NCBI GenBank assembly: GCA_965644315.1
Contig: CBFFRQ010000052.1
Span: forward strand, 124,001 to 188,000
Direction: 5' to 3'
Source: Caecitellus pseudoparvulus
Lineage: Eukaryota; Protista; Bigyra: Bicosoecida
DNA length: 64,000 bases
The position numbers were made by a program, and so were the translations under genes. This document shows, piece by piece, positions 33,493 through 45,625 of the stretch (its first letter is position 1; the number at the start of each line of letters is the position of its first letter). The notes under the pieces were generated by a model, which saw only the letters and a program-made list of their open reading frames with translations, searched no databases and was not told the origin of the DNA.

Positions 33493-34875
33493 TCAGCGGT
33501 CACGCTCACTGCCGAGCTGCGGCAGGGGGGTGTTGGCAGCGGCACCGGCTCCCTTGGGCGACGGCGGCTGCTCTGCTTCCTGGGCGGGCGTGGGGTGAAT
33601 GGGGTCCGTGAAAGGGTGCAGCTCAGCCCCCTGCCTGGTGCGTTCCGGCTCTCCGTGTTCCGCGTTCCACTGCAGCACGCCCTCTGCGAACTGCAGCAGG
33701 GGCTGCTCCACCCAGCTGCGCCCACGGGGCAGTGTGCCTGTGAGCCAGGCGACATGCCCCCCCTCCTGCGTCATGGCCACCACCAAGTTGGCATTGGCCG
33801 CCGGCGCGTGGGTGGGGATGCCCGCTGCGCTGCAGATGGGGTCATCTGCCGCGTGCGCCACCAGCGTCGGGACATCCACGTGTTGCGCCAGCAGGTGGCA
33901 GGTGGTGCTGGCGCGGTAGTAGTGCCACACGTCGTCGAAGCCGAAGCCTGGCACCACCACCTCGCTGTCGAACTGCCGCACAGTCCGTGACGCCGCCATG
34001 CGCTGCAGGTCCAGCCCCGGCACCTGCCCCAGCGCCTTAGTGTGCTGAGCCGCGTAGTTCACCAGCGCCCCCGCCAGGACGGGGCTGTAGGTGAGGGCGC
34101 CCACACCGCCCTCCAGCATGTGTGTGCTGCGGTGCAGGTCCAGGGTGGGGCACAGCAGCGCCGCCCCCTGCAGCGGACACCGCCCCCCCTCCTCCACCAG
34201 GTACCGTGACAGGATGGTGGCGCCCAGAGAGAAGCCCGCCGCAAAGAGCGGTGTGTGCGGGCCCACTGCCTGCCGCAGGTACACCAGCGCCGCCCGCACA
34301 TCTGCCGTCCAGCAGGCAGCGAAGCCACGGCTGGTGACGAGGGGCGTACCGCTGCACCCTCGCGCGATGAGCACCACCACCGTCCACCCCGCCTCCGCCG
34401 CCGCATCCGTCATGTGCTGGATGTAGTTCTCCTGACTGCCGCCCGTCAGCCCGTGCAGCAGCAGCATGGTGCGCCTGCCCGGCGTCAGGGGCGTGTGCCA
34501 GTCCAGCGCCACGGCGCCGCCGTCCCCCATGCGCAGCCACTTGCGGGAGAAGGTGATGGGGCGGGGGGGACGGGGGCGCAGCTTGGCGCCCCACAGCGTC
34601 TGCACGTGTCCGTTCATCCAGAAGGGCGGGCTGTACTCCTGCAGGGCAGGGCTGTGCTGCACGAGGTATGCCGCCCGGGCGTCCCTTGCGTTGAAATACA
34701 CCTGCACCTGCTTCGGCGATGCCAGCCGACGGCGCATCCACTGCAGCATGACCACCACAGCAGGGACAGTCGTGAGGAGCAGGCCAGAGGGAATGCCTGT
34801 TAGGCTGGAGAACTTCCGCGCGATTGCCTGCACTGTGCGCAGCGCTCGCAGCAGGGAAGGGCTGCGCTGGCTCAT
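33493..34875 (-). CDS. Alpha/beta hydrolase, ABHD1/2/3-YheT-Eeb1 family
   Basis: Motifs NGHVQT, DGGAVALDW, LHGLTGGS, nucleophile elbow GFSLG, acid ADDPI and GGHVAW. The N-terminus has a hydrophobic anchor. Confidence 0.92.
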   Translation of the reverse strand: MSQRSPSLLRALRTVQAIARKFSSLTGIPSGLLLTTVPAVVVMLQWMRRRLASPKQVQVYFNARDARAAYLVQHSPALQEYSPPFWMNGHVQTLWGAKLRPRPPRPITFSRKWLRMGDGGAVALDWHTPLTPGRRTMLLLHGLTGGSQENYIQHMTDAAAEAGWTVVVLIARGCSGTPLVTSRGFAACWTADVRAALVYLRQAVGPHTPLFAAGFSLGATILSRYLVEEGGRCPLQGAALLCPTLDLHRSTHMLEGGVGALTYSPVLAGALVNYAAQHTKALGQVPGLDLQRMAASRTVRQFDSEVVVPGFGFDDVWHYYRASTTCHLLAQHVDVPTLVAHAADDPICSAAGIPTHAPAANANLVVAMTQEGGHVAWLTGTLPRGRSWVEQPLLQFAEGVLQWNAEHGEPERTRQGAELHPFTDPIHPTPAQEAEQPPSPKGAGAAANTPLPQLGSERDR

Positions 34876-35068
34876 GGGTGTGGCAAGCAATTTCCGCACA
34901 ACGCCCAGCTTCCGAAGCCGCACGGCGTGCTGGGAACGGACGGAAGCAGCACATAAAACGTCGGTCAGTGAACCAAACTATGTGGTCCAGCTATTGCGCA
35001 TATTTTTATTGTGGCAGCGAACGCCTTCCTGCCCTTGCGACCACCGCAGCGAACCAAGCAGTTTCAGC

Positions 35069-36147
35069 ATGGCGGCAGCCAAGGAACTCGCGACGCTCAT
35101 TCGGGGGCGCATCATGCGCACCAATGCGAGGCACAGGCCGTTCCCCACTGCGTTCCACTTTCCGGGTCTCAACACAGGCCCCTGGTGGAGCACTGCGTGC
35201 GTTGGCGCCGCTGGGTGCGGGCCCCGCCATCCAACTTCCGCACTGGCTCGCTCGCCCTTTCGAGGCTCAGGCAGGTGCCCTGGGCGGCCAAGCTGGAGGA
35301 GAACACCGCCCTGATTCGGGAAGAGTATGATGCGCTGGTGGCTTCTAAGGCGCCTTCCGACTACCACCTGCACACTGACGAGCACAAGGTGCAGACAGCT
35401 GCGCGGGGTAGCTGTTTTTGCTCATGCACACACTTCGCCCTCCGCCCTGCCCACAGCTGCACTCCGGATCGTGGGACTGGCACTCGTACATCTCGTCTGG
35501 GAAGCGGCAGCCGGAGTTTGAGCGGTGCGGGGGCTGCGCGTAGTCGCTTCCGGCACCTGCCGCCACGCCACCGCTGCGTTTCCCCACACAGGCACTGCCC
35601 CACAACAGCCTCCCTGCTGAACAACATTCCAGGACTCATGACGGACATCCCCTTTGCTTATTCTTTCTTCTCCACTCTCGCCCCAGGCTCCGCCATTGCC
35701 CCCCACCATGGCGCCACCAATTTGAAGGTTCGCTGCCACCTCACCCTGCACTGTGCGTTTCCGCAACGCCGAATGCCGCGCCGCTGCAACCCCGCACACT
35801 GCACTGCGCTGCCCCACTGCCTGCTCAGCTCCCCAACAAGACTCCCAGCAGTGTGCCTTACGCGTGGCCGATGAAGCCCGCGCGTGGAAGCCAGGGCAGC
35901 TCATCATGTTCGATGACTCGTTTGGTGCGTGCGCTGGTGTCGCGCTGGCGCCGCCCACACACGCAAGCCCACCATCTGCACCGACCCACTTGGCCCAGAG
36001 CACGAAGTGTGGTACAAGGCGGGGGATGGAAACCGAGTTGTATTGCTGTTCGATGTGTGGCACCCTGATTTGACGGCTGGCGAGGTTCGAGCAGCCACGG
36101 CGCTGCTGAGCGAGTTGGCGGCCAGCGCCCCCGAAGGAAGCCGATGA
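35069..36147 (+). CDS. Aspartyl/asparaginyl beta-hydroxylase-like 2OG-Fe(II) dioxygenase, about five introns
   Basis: Motifs HFPGL, FSTLAPGSAIAPHHGATNLKVRCHL, WKPG, FDDSF/EHEVW and VVLLFDVWHPDL. Confidence 0.88.
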
Positions 36148-36153
36148 CGCACG

Positions 36154-38950
36154 TCAAGCCAGGCGGACGATGTCGTCTCCCTCCCCCACACTGCCTGCCT
36201 CTTCAGAGTCGTCCCGTGAGGCGCTGCCTCCTTCCCCTGCCGAGTGCAGCCCCTCCCCCCGCTGCACTGCCGCGAGGGCTGCGCGGCGCTGTGCTGAAGC
36301 GGCGAGTTCCGCACGCTTGGCGAGGGCCATTTGCGCGCGCTTGAAGCGCAGGAGCATGATGGAGTACGACTCGTGCAGGGCCATGAATGCACGAGACAAA
36401 GTGAGCAAGTTGGACCGGGCGCCACGCCCCGTTCTGAGCGCTTTCCGCCGGGCCAGCTTGCGCTTGTGCATGGACAGGCGCACTTCCTCCACGACTTCCT
36501 CCCAGTGCTCCCGCGCCAGGGCCACGGAGTGCACCAGGCGGTCCTCCAGGGCCAGCTTGGACGGGTCCATGTCGCTGGCTGACAACGCCTTGCGCACCTT
36601 CAGGACGATGACGCCCGACGCCGCCCCACGCAGGCGCAGGGACAGCTCCATGTCGCGGTTGTACGGCAGGGCGTCCAGGTCGATGCGGGCCCAGCCCAGG
36701 GACTCGTTGCGGCTGAAGCGGTTGTAGTCCTTCACGTGCACGTGCAGGGTGCGGACTCTGAACTCCTCCAGCGGCGCGAAGTGCGCCACCTCCTTGGCCC
36801 ACCAGGGGTCCACCGTGCCGTACCGCACAGGCGTCTTGTGCTTGGTGTCGCCCATGCTGAGGGTGACGAACGGGTCCGCGCCGGTGAGCCAGTCCACCGA
36901 CACCAGGTTTGTGCAACGGATGACCTGCACTGTCACGCGGGTGCCGGCACGCGCCTCCTCCTGCGCCTCAGCGACAGAGGACACCACCACTCCCACGATG
37001 ACGTTGATGAGGATGAAGGTGGTGAGGAAGATGTAGGAGACGAAGAACAGCACTGACTGCCACGGCTTGGCCTCTGGCTGCGTGCAGACGGAGTCGAAGC
37101 CGTCCTTGTTGCGGCCGCCGATCTCCCCCGTGAACTGCTCCGTGCCGTAGCCCACCTGGTCGCAGCCGCGGAAGTTGGTCATGAACACCTCCTCCCAGTC
37201 GTCCCCCGTCGTGACGCGGAACAGCGTCAGCATGCTGACGTGCAGGGTGGCGAAGTTGGCGGGGTCGTTGCGGTGGAACATGCTGTACCCCAGCACGCCG
37301 TACATGTACACCAGCAGCAGCAGCAGGCCGGCAATGTAGGAGAGGGAGTGCAGGGACTTGAGCAGGGACACCACCAGCACGCGCAGGCCGGGCAGTGCGC
37401 GCACCACCTTCAACACACGCAGCAGGCGGATGAGGCGGATGAGGGAGACGTCTTGCTGGGGGATGGGCAGGAAGCTGGCCAGGACGACCTGTGCAGGGCA
37501 GAGCAGGGGTGTGTGTGGACGTGCATGGGGGCGAGATGCAGCCGCGGCGGCACGCACGGCGAAGTCGAACGCGTTCCACGCATCTTGGAAGTACGCCTGG
37601 GGGGAGCGCCCCTCGGCCCAAATCTTCAGCGCCGCCTCCGCCACGAACACGGACAGAATGGTTGTGTCGATGGCAGTCAGCACGCCAGGCAGCTCAGGCG
37701 TCAGGCGCTGGCCATAGGTGATGGTGCCCACTGATGCTGCTGTGGCCAGGATGCAGAAGGCGATGAGGTAGTTGAACCACTGGGTGTCTGTCACGTAGTA
37801 CCTGATCTGCGCGCCTATGTCAGCGTACAGGTCCACTGCATCGTCCAGCGCCACGCAGCACTGGCGCACGCGGGGCGCCTGCCAGGCGGAGGCGCAGCAG
37901 CCCCCCTGCTGGACGCAGGGGAAGGGGGGGTCTCGGGACTGCCACGGCTCCTTCGTGCCTCGCACCCGCGCGGGAGGGGCCTTTGCGTCCCCTGCATGCC
38001 CCCCCCTGCGATGGCCCCTCCGCCCCCCCCTGCGCTTGCTGGACTTGGAGGGGGATGCCGCCGCCCCCTGAGCGCTGGACGAGTCCTCCCCCCGTCCCGA
38101 GGGTGGGCTGGATGGCAGGGAGAGGGAGGGCGCCGCACCTCGGGAGGAGGTCTGTGCACTGGTGAAGCCCATGCCGCTGGGGGCCGCCATGCCACCACTG
38201 GGCGTGTGGGTGGAGGGCAGTGACCCGGCGTCGCCCCCCGGCACCTTGCTCTCTGTCAGGGAGGAGGCCACGAAGTCCTCCCCAGTCACCTGCAGCAGGG
38301 CTGCCAGGCCGTCCTTCCGCGCAGGCCCCGTAGGCGTGCTGGGCTCTCCGCCGCCCTCCTCCACGTCCTCCTCCTCCCCCCACATGCTGCGCAGCCCCAC
38401 ACGGCTGGCTGCTGTGGGCGTGACGGAGGCCGAGTGCTCCTGCGTGTGCCGCCGGTGCCGCTGCATGGCCCCTGTGCTGCTGGCGCTGGGCGTGGTCTGG
38501 CCTGGAAGCCCAGAAAAAACGCTGGAACCACCCAAACCTGACGCTGCATCTGCCATGCTGGGGGCGGAGCGTGCGCCAGCACTCGCCGGGCGACTTCGGG
38601 CGGCAGCTGCCAGGGATGCCCGAATGCTGGCAAGGTTGGAGGCAGTGGAGTCTTCCAGCTCCTGCACGAACTCCGCCCGACCCGCTTCATCTGATATGTC
38701 CAGCCTGGCACTGCGCAGCTCAGAAGGCGCCTGCAGCGCAGCGGGGGTGGGTGGCGTTGCTGGTGCGTGGCTTCGTCGCACTGCGGCCACGCACCCTGTG
38801 CACTGCTTCGCGACGTGCCGAGGAGATCAGCTCTCCGCGGTGGCCAGGCCGTGTACCAATATCGAATTCATGCACTTCTCCGTCAAGCCCTCGCAGGACC
38901 AAGGGAATGCCGTGCTTGCGGCCCCTGGCTGAGCGGGCGCTGGTGGCCAT
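36154..38950 (-). CDS. Single-domain (6-TM) voltage-gated cation channel with C-terminal C2 domain; introns ~38731-38794 and 37489-37557
   Basis: S1-S3 (WFNYLIAFCIL, FVAEAALKI, WNAFDF), S4 RLIRLLRVLKVVR, pore FATLHVSMLTLFRVTTGDDW and S6 ILINVIVGVVV. C2 motifs are NLVSVDWLTGADPFV, KTPV...DPWW and KDYNRFSRNESLG. Confidence 0.9.
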
Positions 38951-39324
38951 GGCTGGCAACTGCCACACGGGCCGTGAGACACCCACACACCAGCGCTGTG
39001 CTTCGTACCAGCTGCATTGGAGACAGAGGCAGCCCAACCCCTCTGTCAGAACTCGTGCCTGACAATTGCAGTCCCTTGAGTTGTGTCCTTGCATTGCTGG
39101 AGTGCTGCCGCTGGGCCGCTGGATGCGAGCGGCACGAGGCACCCCCCCCCACCACAGCACGTGTGCCGTGCCACTTCGACGTTGCACCCACATCCTTCCC
39201 ACCCCGCCGCTCTTCCCTGCCACCCACTCCAGCGTTGCGCCGCTTCAGCCGGAGCACACACCCAAACACGCCAGTCGCTCCTGTCAGGACAAGTTTCTGG
39301 GGATCCGCCACACCGACAGCAAAC

Positions 39325-40387
39325 ATGGCTGCGGCAAGCCATACGGGTGGCACAGGTGAACATGATACTCAGAAGCTCATGTGCAAGCGCCAGGACTCAG
39401 GAGCTCCTGGGGAAGGCGCCAGTGACGTGTACAAGGTGAGGGGCGTTTCATCCTGACCCCGCCACCACGTCACCCAGCACACCCTCCACGGCATGCTTGC
39501 AGCCTGACAAAGCATACAAGAATGCCGCATTTCTCGGATCTCGAGATGCACGACCCATCCGAGTGCTGTGCGAGTTGTCAGAGACGGAGCAGCGCCTCAA
39601 GGCTGCTGGCGTGCACAACACCATTCTGTTTTACGGGTCAGCCAGAGCACGCCCACCAGCTGCGTGGGCTGCACAGCTGGAGGCTGCCGAAGCAGACCTC
39701 GCTAGTGTGAGTGACGAGGAGGCCCGTGCGGCGGCCCAAGCCTGCATCGACCGCCTGCACAAGTGCAAGTGGATGTCTGACTTGTACAGCGCCACAGCAG
39801 ACCTGTCTGAGCGCCTGACGCGATGGGCCACGACACGCCCCGGCAGTGAGGACCAGGCCTACGTCATTTGCACGGGGGGCGGGCCAGGCATGATGGAGGC
39901 GGCCAACCTGGGCGCCGCCCGCGTGGAGGGTGCCCTCAGCATGGGCATGGGCATCAGCCTGCCTTTTGAAGCGGGCTTGAACGACCACGTCACGCGGGGA
40001 CTGGGCTTTGAATTCCACTACTTCATGCTGCGCAAGTTCTGGATGGTGTACCCTGCTCGGGCGGTCGTCGTGGCGCCTGGCGGGCTGGGCACCCTGGATG
40101 AGCTGTTTGAAACGCTGACTCTGCTGCAGACGGGCAAGATCCGCCTGCACGCCATGCCCATCGTGTTGCTGGGCAAGCAGTACTGGAGCTCAGTCATCAA
40201 CCTGCAAGCCATGGTGGACGCAGGCACCATCTCTGAGGGGGACGTCAAGCGCATGTACATGACTGACGACGTGGAGGACGCGTTCCAGTACATCACCAGC
40301 CGGCTGGAGGCGCTGGAGGAGGAGGGCGCCATCCAAATTGGCAGCACCTCTTCTCCCACAGCAGGTGTGTCCACTGAGGCGCCTTGA
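39325..40387 (+). CDS. LOG / 'lysine decarboxylase'-family nucleotide phosphoribohydrolase; intron ~39436-39501
   Basis: Motifs FYGSAR, TGGGPGMMEAANLGA, ISLPFE, HYFMLRK and PGGLGTLDELFE. Confidence 0.9.
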
Positions 40388-40666
40388 TGTGCGCCGGCTC
40401 CACGTGGGTGTGTTGAGATGGTGGGGGGCATGGTTCGCTTTGCTCTCAGCGCTGCGCACCTTAGCAGGCGGGTAAAATAGAAAAGCTCATGTGTCATGCT
40501 GTGCAAGCAGCTGCAATACATGTGCAGTGCTGTCCTGGTGCTGCACTCCGTCGCACGACGTGTCGGCGGATTCCGGAATTGAGCTGGAAGTGCAGGGAAC
40601 CAGTCGCTGGGCTGGTCACACGCAAGGAGGCTGTGAGCACGAGGAAGGCGAGGAGAGGCACACAGC

Positions 40667-41650
40667 ATGGCATCTTCAGATTCAGAAGAGCCCCCTGAAA
40701 GCTTCCAGTGCCCCCTCACCTTGATGCTGTTCTCAGGTGCGTGGTGGGAAGCGCTGTGGACCGTCGCCCCTCTGAAATGCCGCACCACCCCCGACACGCC
40801 TGGCTCACAGACCCTGTGGTCACTGCCGACGGGCACACATACGAGCGAAAAACCATTGAGCAGTGGTTCGAGCGGTGTGGCGATGCCCCCACGTCTCCGC
40901 AGACAGGTACGGCAGGCCCTTGGCGTGGTGCGAGGCTGCGTGTCACGCGAGTTGTTGCCGTGCACAGGCGCCCCGCTGCCCTCCAAGGCGCTCATCCCAA
41001 ACCGTTCCCTGAAGTCTGCCATCGAGGAGTGGAGGACCACTGGCGCAAGCAAGTGGCGCAGCCTCCCCCCTCCTGCACAACTCACCATGGTGCGCACGCG
41101 CAGCGCTGGCTCTGGCCCAGGCAGTTCCCACCACAACGTCGCGCAAGCTGTGAGCACGGCGTGCACCCACCCTCACTCAGCCTTGGTGGCCCCAAGTGAG
41201 GCTGGGCCCCACTCTGCGCCGCCGCCAGTGCCTGGTGCTGCGTCTGCAGGCGCTGCCTCTGTCCCCGCTCCTCTACCCGGAGCGTCGTCCGCGCCCCCCC
41301 CCACTGAGGCGGCGGCGGCAACTGCAGCCCCACCCGAGTCCATCCACGTCCGGCAGCGTGTGGGCACGACCGGCGTGGTCATCGCCTGTGAGGAAGTGCG
41401 GGGGGCCACTGACTCCATCCGGTGGGTGCTGCACAACCGGCACTCCAGCCGGCGCCGCGTGGCAGTGAGGCTGACATGGAAAGCTGACAACCTCTTCGTG
41501 CCCTACAACTACACCTTCCCTGATGGGCCTGTGGAGGCCTCGGCGGCCTACAACGAAAGCGTCGTCATTCACTCCACGGACAAGATCCTCCCTGGCATGC
41601 CCTTTGCCGGGACAGGCGCCGAGTGGAGCTACAAGTGGCGGGCGGTGTGA
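40667..41650 (+). CDS. U-box E3 ubiquitin ligase, multi-exon
   Basis: The spliced U-box reads FQCPLTLMLFS-DPVVTADGHTYERKTIEQWF...TSPQT-GAPLPSKALIPNRSLKSAIEEW. Confidence 0.88.
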   Translation: MASSDSEEPPESFQCPLTLMLFSGAWWEALWTVAPLKCRTTPDTPGSQTLWSLPTGTHTSEKPLSSGSSGVAMPPRLRRQVRQALGVVRGCVSRELLPCTGAPLPSKALIPNRSLKSAIEEWRTTGASKWRSLPPPAQLTMVRTRSAGSGPGSSHHNVAQAVSTACTHPHSALVAPSEAGPHSAPPPVPGAASAGAASVPAPLPGASSAPPPTEAAAATAAPPESIHVRQRVGTTGVVIACEEVRGATDSIRWVLHNRHSSRRRVAVRLTWKADNLFVPYNYTFPDGPVEASAAYNESVVIHSTDKILPGMPFAGTGAEWSYKWRAV

Positions 41651-42150
41651 AGTGGGTGATTTGCATTCAAGGTGGTGGTGGGTAAGGCGTCGGGATACCG
41701 ACGGGGCATCATGCCTGTGAAGGGTGTCGGGAGGCAGGCGGGTGCGGAATTGGAACACGCTGCCTGCCTTCGTCAGCTACGGCCTGGCACGCCTCAGTGG
41801 GATAACTAGATTTGAATCAGTGCACACATCTGGTGCTAATGGTTACCTTGCTCATCCATGGTGTGCGGCTCTCACGCATGCGCTCACAGGCACGTACCGT
41901 TGGTGTGGCTGGCTGGCCAGGCGTCAGTTTGTGCTGGTGCTGCGTGTGGCAGCTGGTGAAGAGGAGTGGTGAATGCTCAGCGGTCAACTGTGGAGTCTGC
42001 ATCAAGCTGAAACTGTTGCTGGATTTGAGTGAGGTCGCTTGACTGCGACGGGTGGGCGAGGGGGGGGCACACCCCCCTTCATCGTGCCCCGCACGCCGAG
42101 CGCAATGCACAGAAGTCTGCATTGCGCCACCTCGCCCCACACACGCGCAG

Positions 42151-44084
42151 TCACTGCTTGCCAGGGCGGGACTTCTTCTTGCGCCCCCCCCGCTTGCCCC
42201 GCTTGCGCCCGCCGCTCTTGGGCTGCTCCAGAGCCTTGGCCGCCGCCGCTGCCGCCGCCTGGCTCTCAAGCACAGCGTCCACCTCCCGCTGGGCGAAGGC
42301 ACCGTCAGCCCCACGCCTGGAGGGTGCCGCAGCTGCTGCCGTGCCCTGGCTCAGCGCGTGTCCCTCGTGCGCTTGTGCGTCGTCACGGGGGCGCACTGCC
42401 AGGGACGGCACGGCGTGCACGGGCAGCACACGGCCGCTGGCGCCCGGCACCGCCGCCGCGCCAGCTGTGAAGCGCTTGGGCACGGTGGGGGCGTCGCTGG
42501 CAATGTCCCAGATGGCAACCTTGCCCTTGGAGCCGCCGGCAGCGAGGAGCCAGGGCGAGTGCGGGAAGAAGCCTGCCGTGAAGATGTGTCCGATGTCCAT
42601 GGTCTTGGAGGACACGACGGCGGGGGCGGGGGCGCCGTCCTCCCCCGTCGCGCCCAGGTCCCACAGCTTGACCACCTCGTCCTCCCCCGCCGTGGCCAGC
42701 AGGCCCTGCACGCGGGGCGCGAAGGACAGCGACGTGCAGGCGCCCTTGTGTGCCGCCAGCGTCACGAGGGGGCCCTTGGCAGGCGCCCGCACGTCGAAGG
42801 CCAGGACGGCGCCGGCGTCCGTGGACACGGCGATGTGGGAGGCGGAGTGGGGGGACCAGGCCAGGGCCTCGACGTCCCCTGGCAGGGCCATGGAGGCCAC
42901 AGCCCCGGTGGGGTTGCGCGCGTCGGCGACGATGAGGGCGCGGTCGTAGCCGCCCGAGGCCAGGATGCCAGCCTCGGCGGGGTGCCATGCCACAGCCTGC
43001 ACCTTGCCCTTGTGCTTGGTGAAGGTGTGCAGGGCGGTGCCCTTGAGCAGGTCCCACACCTTCACCGTGCAGTCGGCAGAGGAAGAGGCCAGCAGGTTGC
43101 GGTAGGGGGCGTTCCAGGACAGACCCATGACGGCGTCGGTGTGGGAGCCGGGCAGCAGGGCCGCCTTGGGGCCGGGCGCCATGCCGCCCAGAGTCACGGC
43201 GGGCTCCAGGGGGTCCACCGTGTCCAGGGACCACACCTCGATGCCGGGCTTGAAGGTGCCCACTGCCATGAAGCTGCCCACGGGTGCCGAGACGGGGTCC
43301 CGGGACACCGCCGCCTCTGGGCCCACCGGCACGGGGGCGCAGTCTGACCAGGCCAAGGCCAGGGGGAAGGCGGGCAGCGGCACGTCGTGGTGCACGAAGA
43401 AGGCGCCGTCCTCCTCGTTGTACACGTACACCTCCAGGCTGGAGAAGTCCTCCTCCGTGCTGGCCACCACCAGGAAGGCGTCCGTGCCCTTAGCGATGTA
43501 GTCCTCCGCATCCTCCGCATCGTCCTCCTCCAGCCCAGCGCCGGCCCACCCCGCGCCACCAGGGGCGGCCCCTGCCCCCCCCTGCCCCGCCATGTGGGGA
43601 TCGGCAGACGGGTCTGCGTAGAAGAGGTTCCCGCCGTCCATGCCTGGGGCGACGTCCTCCTCCTCTCCGTCGGAGTCCGCCACGCCCGGCGGCAGCGGAA
43701 CGTCCCGGATGGAGGCCAGGGCGGGGTCGGCCAACAGGGCCTCCGCCGCCGCGGCAGTGGAGCTCTTGCCGTCCACTACGGCCTGTGCCTCCTCCTCAGC
43801 CTCCTCGGCGGCGGCCGCGGCCACCTCGCCCTCCAGGTCAGCGCTGTGTGGGGGGGTGGAGCAAGCGTGGCACAGAGCAGGGGGCGCAGTGCTGCGCAGG
43901 GGCACGCACCGTTCGCGCAGGAGCTGGATTTCAGCCAGGGACAGCTCTTGGTGGTGGGGCGTGCGCTTGGTGGCGCCTCGAGGGACCTGTGCAGGGTGTG
44001 CCGGAAGACGTGTGCTGGCTGCCGCAGGCCAGTGCCGAACAGCGGAGCAGGAAGGCGACCCACCCAAGCCAATGCAGAGATCAT
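42151..44084 (-). CDS. PWP1: Periodic tryptophan protein 1 (WD40, ribosome biogenesis)
   Basis: N-terminus MISALAW-VPRG, SSLEVYVY...VHHDVPLPAFPL, IEVWSLD and several WD repeats, with a basic NLS tail. Confidence 0.9.
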
Positions 44085-44648
44085 CGTGGGTATCAGGTGC
44101 TAGAGAAGACGCCCCTGCACTGGAGGTGCCTGGTCGGCAAAGAGATACGGCACGCAGGCGCAAGGTCAGGCTCGGCTGCCTGTCTGAGCAGCGAAAGGGG
44201 ACGGTGCGGAAAATGAACCCCTCACACAACACGCCGATGCGAGAGGCAAGGCGCTGCTGTGTTCAAACAAGAGCACGGGGTGCGATGGAGGTTGGGCTTG
44301 GGTTGTGGATTTGACGCCGCAATTGCCGCTGGTTCTCACCACCCCTTCCTGCTGTGCCTTGTGCTCGCATGCACTTCCCTGCAAGCTGCCTTGCAGCGTT
44401 GCTGCCGTGGCCCACAATCCAAAAGGGTGGCGCTGTGGGGGCAGCGCTGTGTGGCGTGCAGTGTACTTTGCCAAGGCCTGCTCGGCACCCTTGCACGACG
44501 CGTGCCCCGCCTGTGGATGGGTGTCGCCTCCCGGCGCTCGCGTGCCTTCGTCGGCTGCACCTGCCGCAGCCCGCCCCCTTGCAACAAGGCAGGCACACAG
44601 ACAACACAGGGCGTAGCCGGCAGCTACGCGCCCCCGTTTCGCTGCAAC

Positions 44649-45625
44649 ATGGACTGGTTGATGGCAGGGATGATTGCGTTGCTGCCAGTGGCCGCCGTGC
44701 TGGGGCTGCTGCTGTGTGCAGGAGGTGCGTCGCCGCGACACGCCGGAGCGCCACTCAGCTTCCAGCACTGCTGCCAAGCTGGAAGGGCGCGCCCTCGATG
44801 CTTAGAAGAAGCTGGCGCTCCATGATTCGCCTCTTGCCCGCAGATGTGGACATTGAGGGCATGGAGGAAGCCACCCGTGCTGAGAATGCTCGCTTGCAGG
44901 AAGTGATGGCAGCACGTGCTGCAGAGCGGCAGCAGGCTGGACCTGGTCGCGCCCGCCGAGCCACGCTGCAGCCAGGGCACGTACTGCGCATGAACCCCAT
45001 GTTCAACAAGTCCCACGCCTTTGGCGGGCAGTCCTCGGGTGCACAGCACACGACAGTGGCGGTACGGCCCAGCCACTCCGCCACCACCACGCCGCCTGCA
45101 GCTGGCGCCAGCCCTCACCCCCCTGGCGATGGCAGCTCCTCCGACCCTGCCACCGCGCCCTCCAGCGGGCATGTGGAGCCCCTCCCTGCCCAGTCCTCTC
45201 AGAGCCAGCCCCACTCACACGGGGGCAGGCCTGAGGCGCCCTCGCCGTCGCCTGAGAGGGTGCACAGGGAGGGAGGAGACCCGTCCGATGAAGTGGGGGG
45301 CGTGGGGGTGGACGAGGGGGGGGCGTCTGGCGAGGACTCCCCCCCTGCCAGCGCCTCTCGCGAGCACCAGTTCTACGCTGACCTGCGCGCGGCACGGGAG
45401 GCGGAAGCGGCGGCGGCAGCAGCTGAGCGGGAAAGCCGCCTGGCTGCCCTGACGCCAGAGGAGCGGGCGGAGGTGGAGGCAGAGGAGGCGGCTGAGGCCG
45501 CCCGCCAAGCCAAGAAGGACAGGGCGCTGAAGGGGGGGCTCAGCGCGTACGGCAGCTCAGCCGTGCGGCGGGGCCGGGGCCGGGGTCGAGGGCGGGGTCG
45601 AGGGCGGGGTCGAGGGCGCAAGTAG
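44649..45625 (+). CDS. Hypothetical protein with N-terminal hydrophobic anchor and C-terminal (GR)n tail; intron ~44725-44843
   Basis: MDWLMAGMIALLPVAAVLGLLLCAG splices in frame to DVDIEGMEEA...; the protein ends RRGRGRGRGRGRGRGRGRK. Confidence 0.6.
45565..45620 (+). repeat. Coding G-rich short tandem repeat encoding Gly-Arg dipeptides
   Basis: GGGGCC units are followed by three GGGGTCGAGGGC-type 12-mers. Confidence 0.85.

Noticed and set aside
31293-40387. Bacterial-like genes as evidence of a prokaryotic contig or operon
   Set aside because: The genes carry spliceosomal introns and sit among clearly eukaryotic genes (ESCRT-III, PWP1, TBP, NEK).
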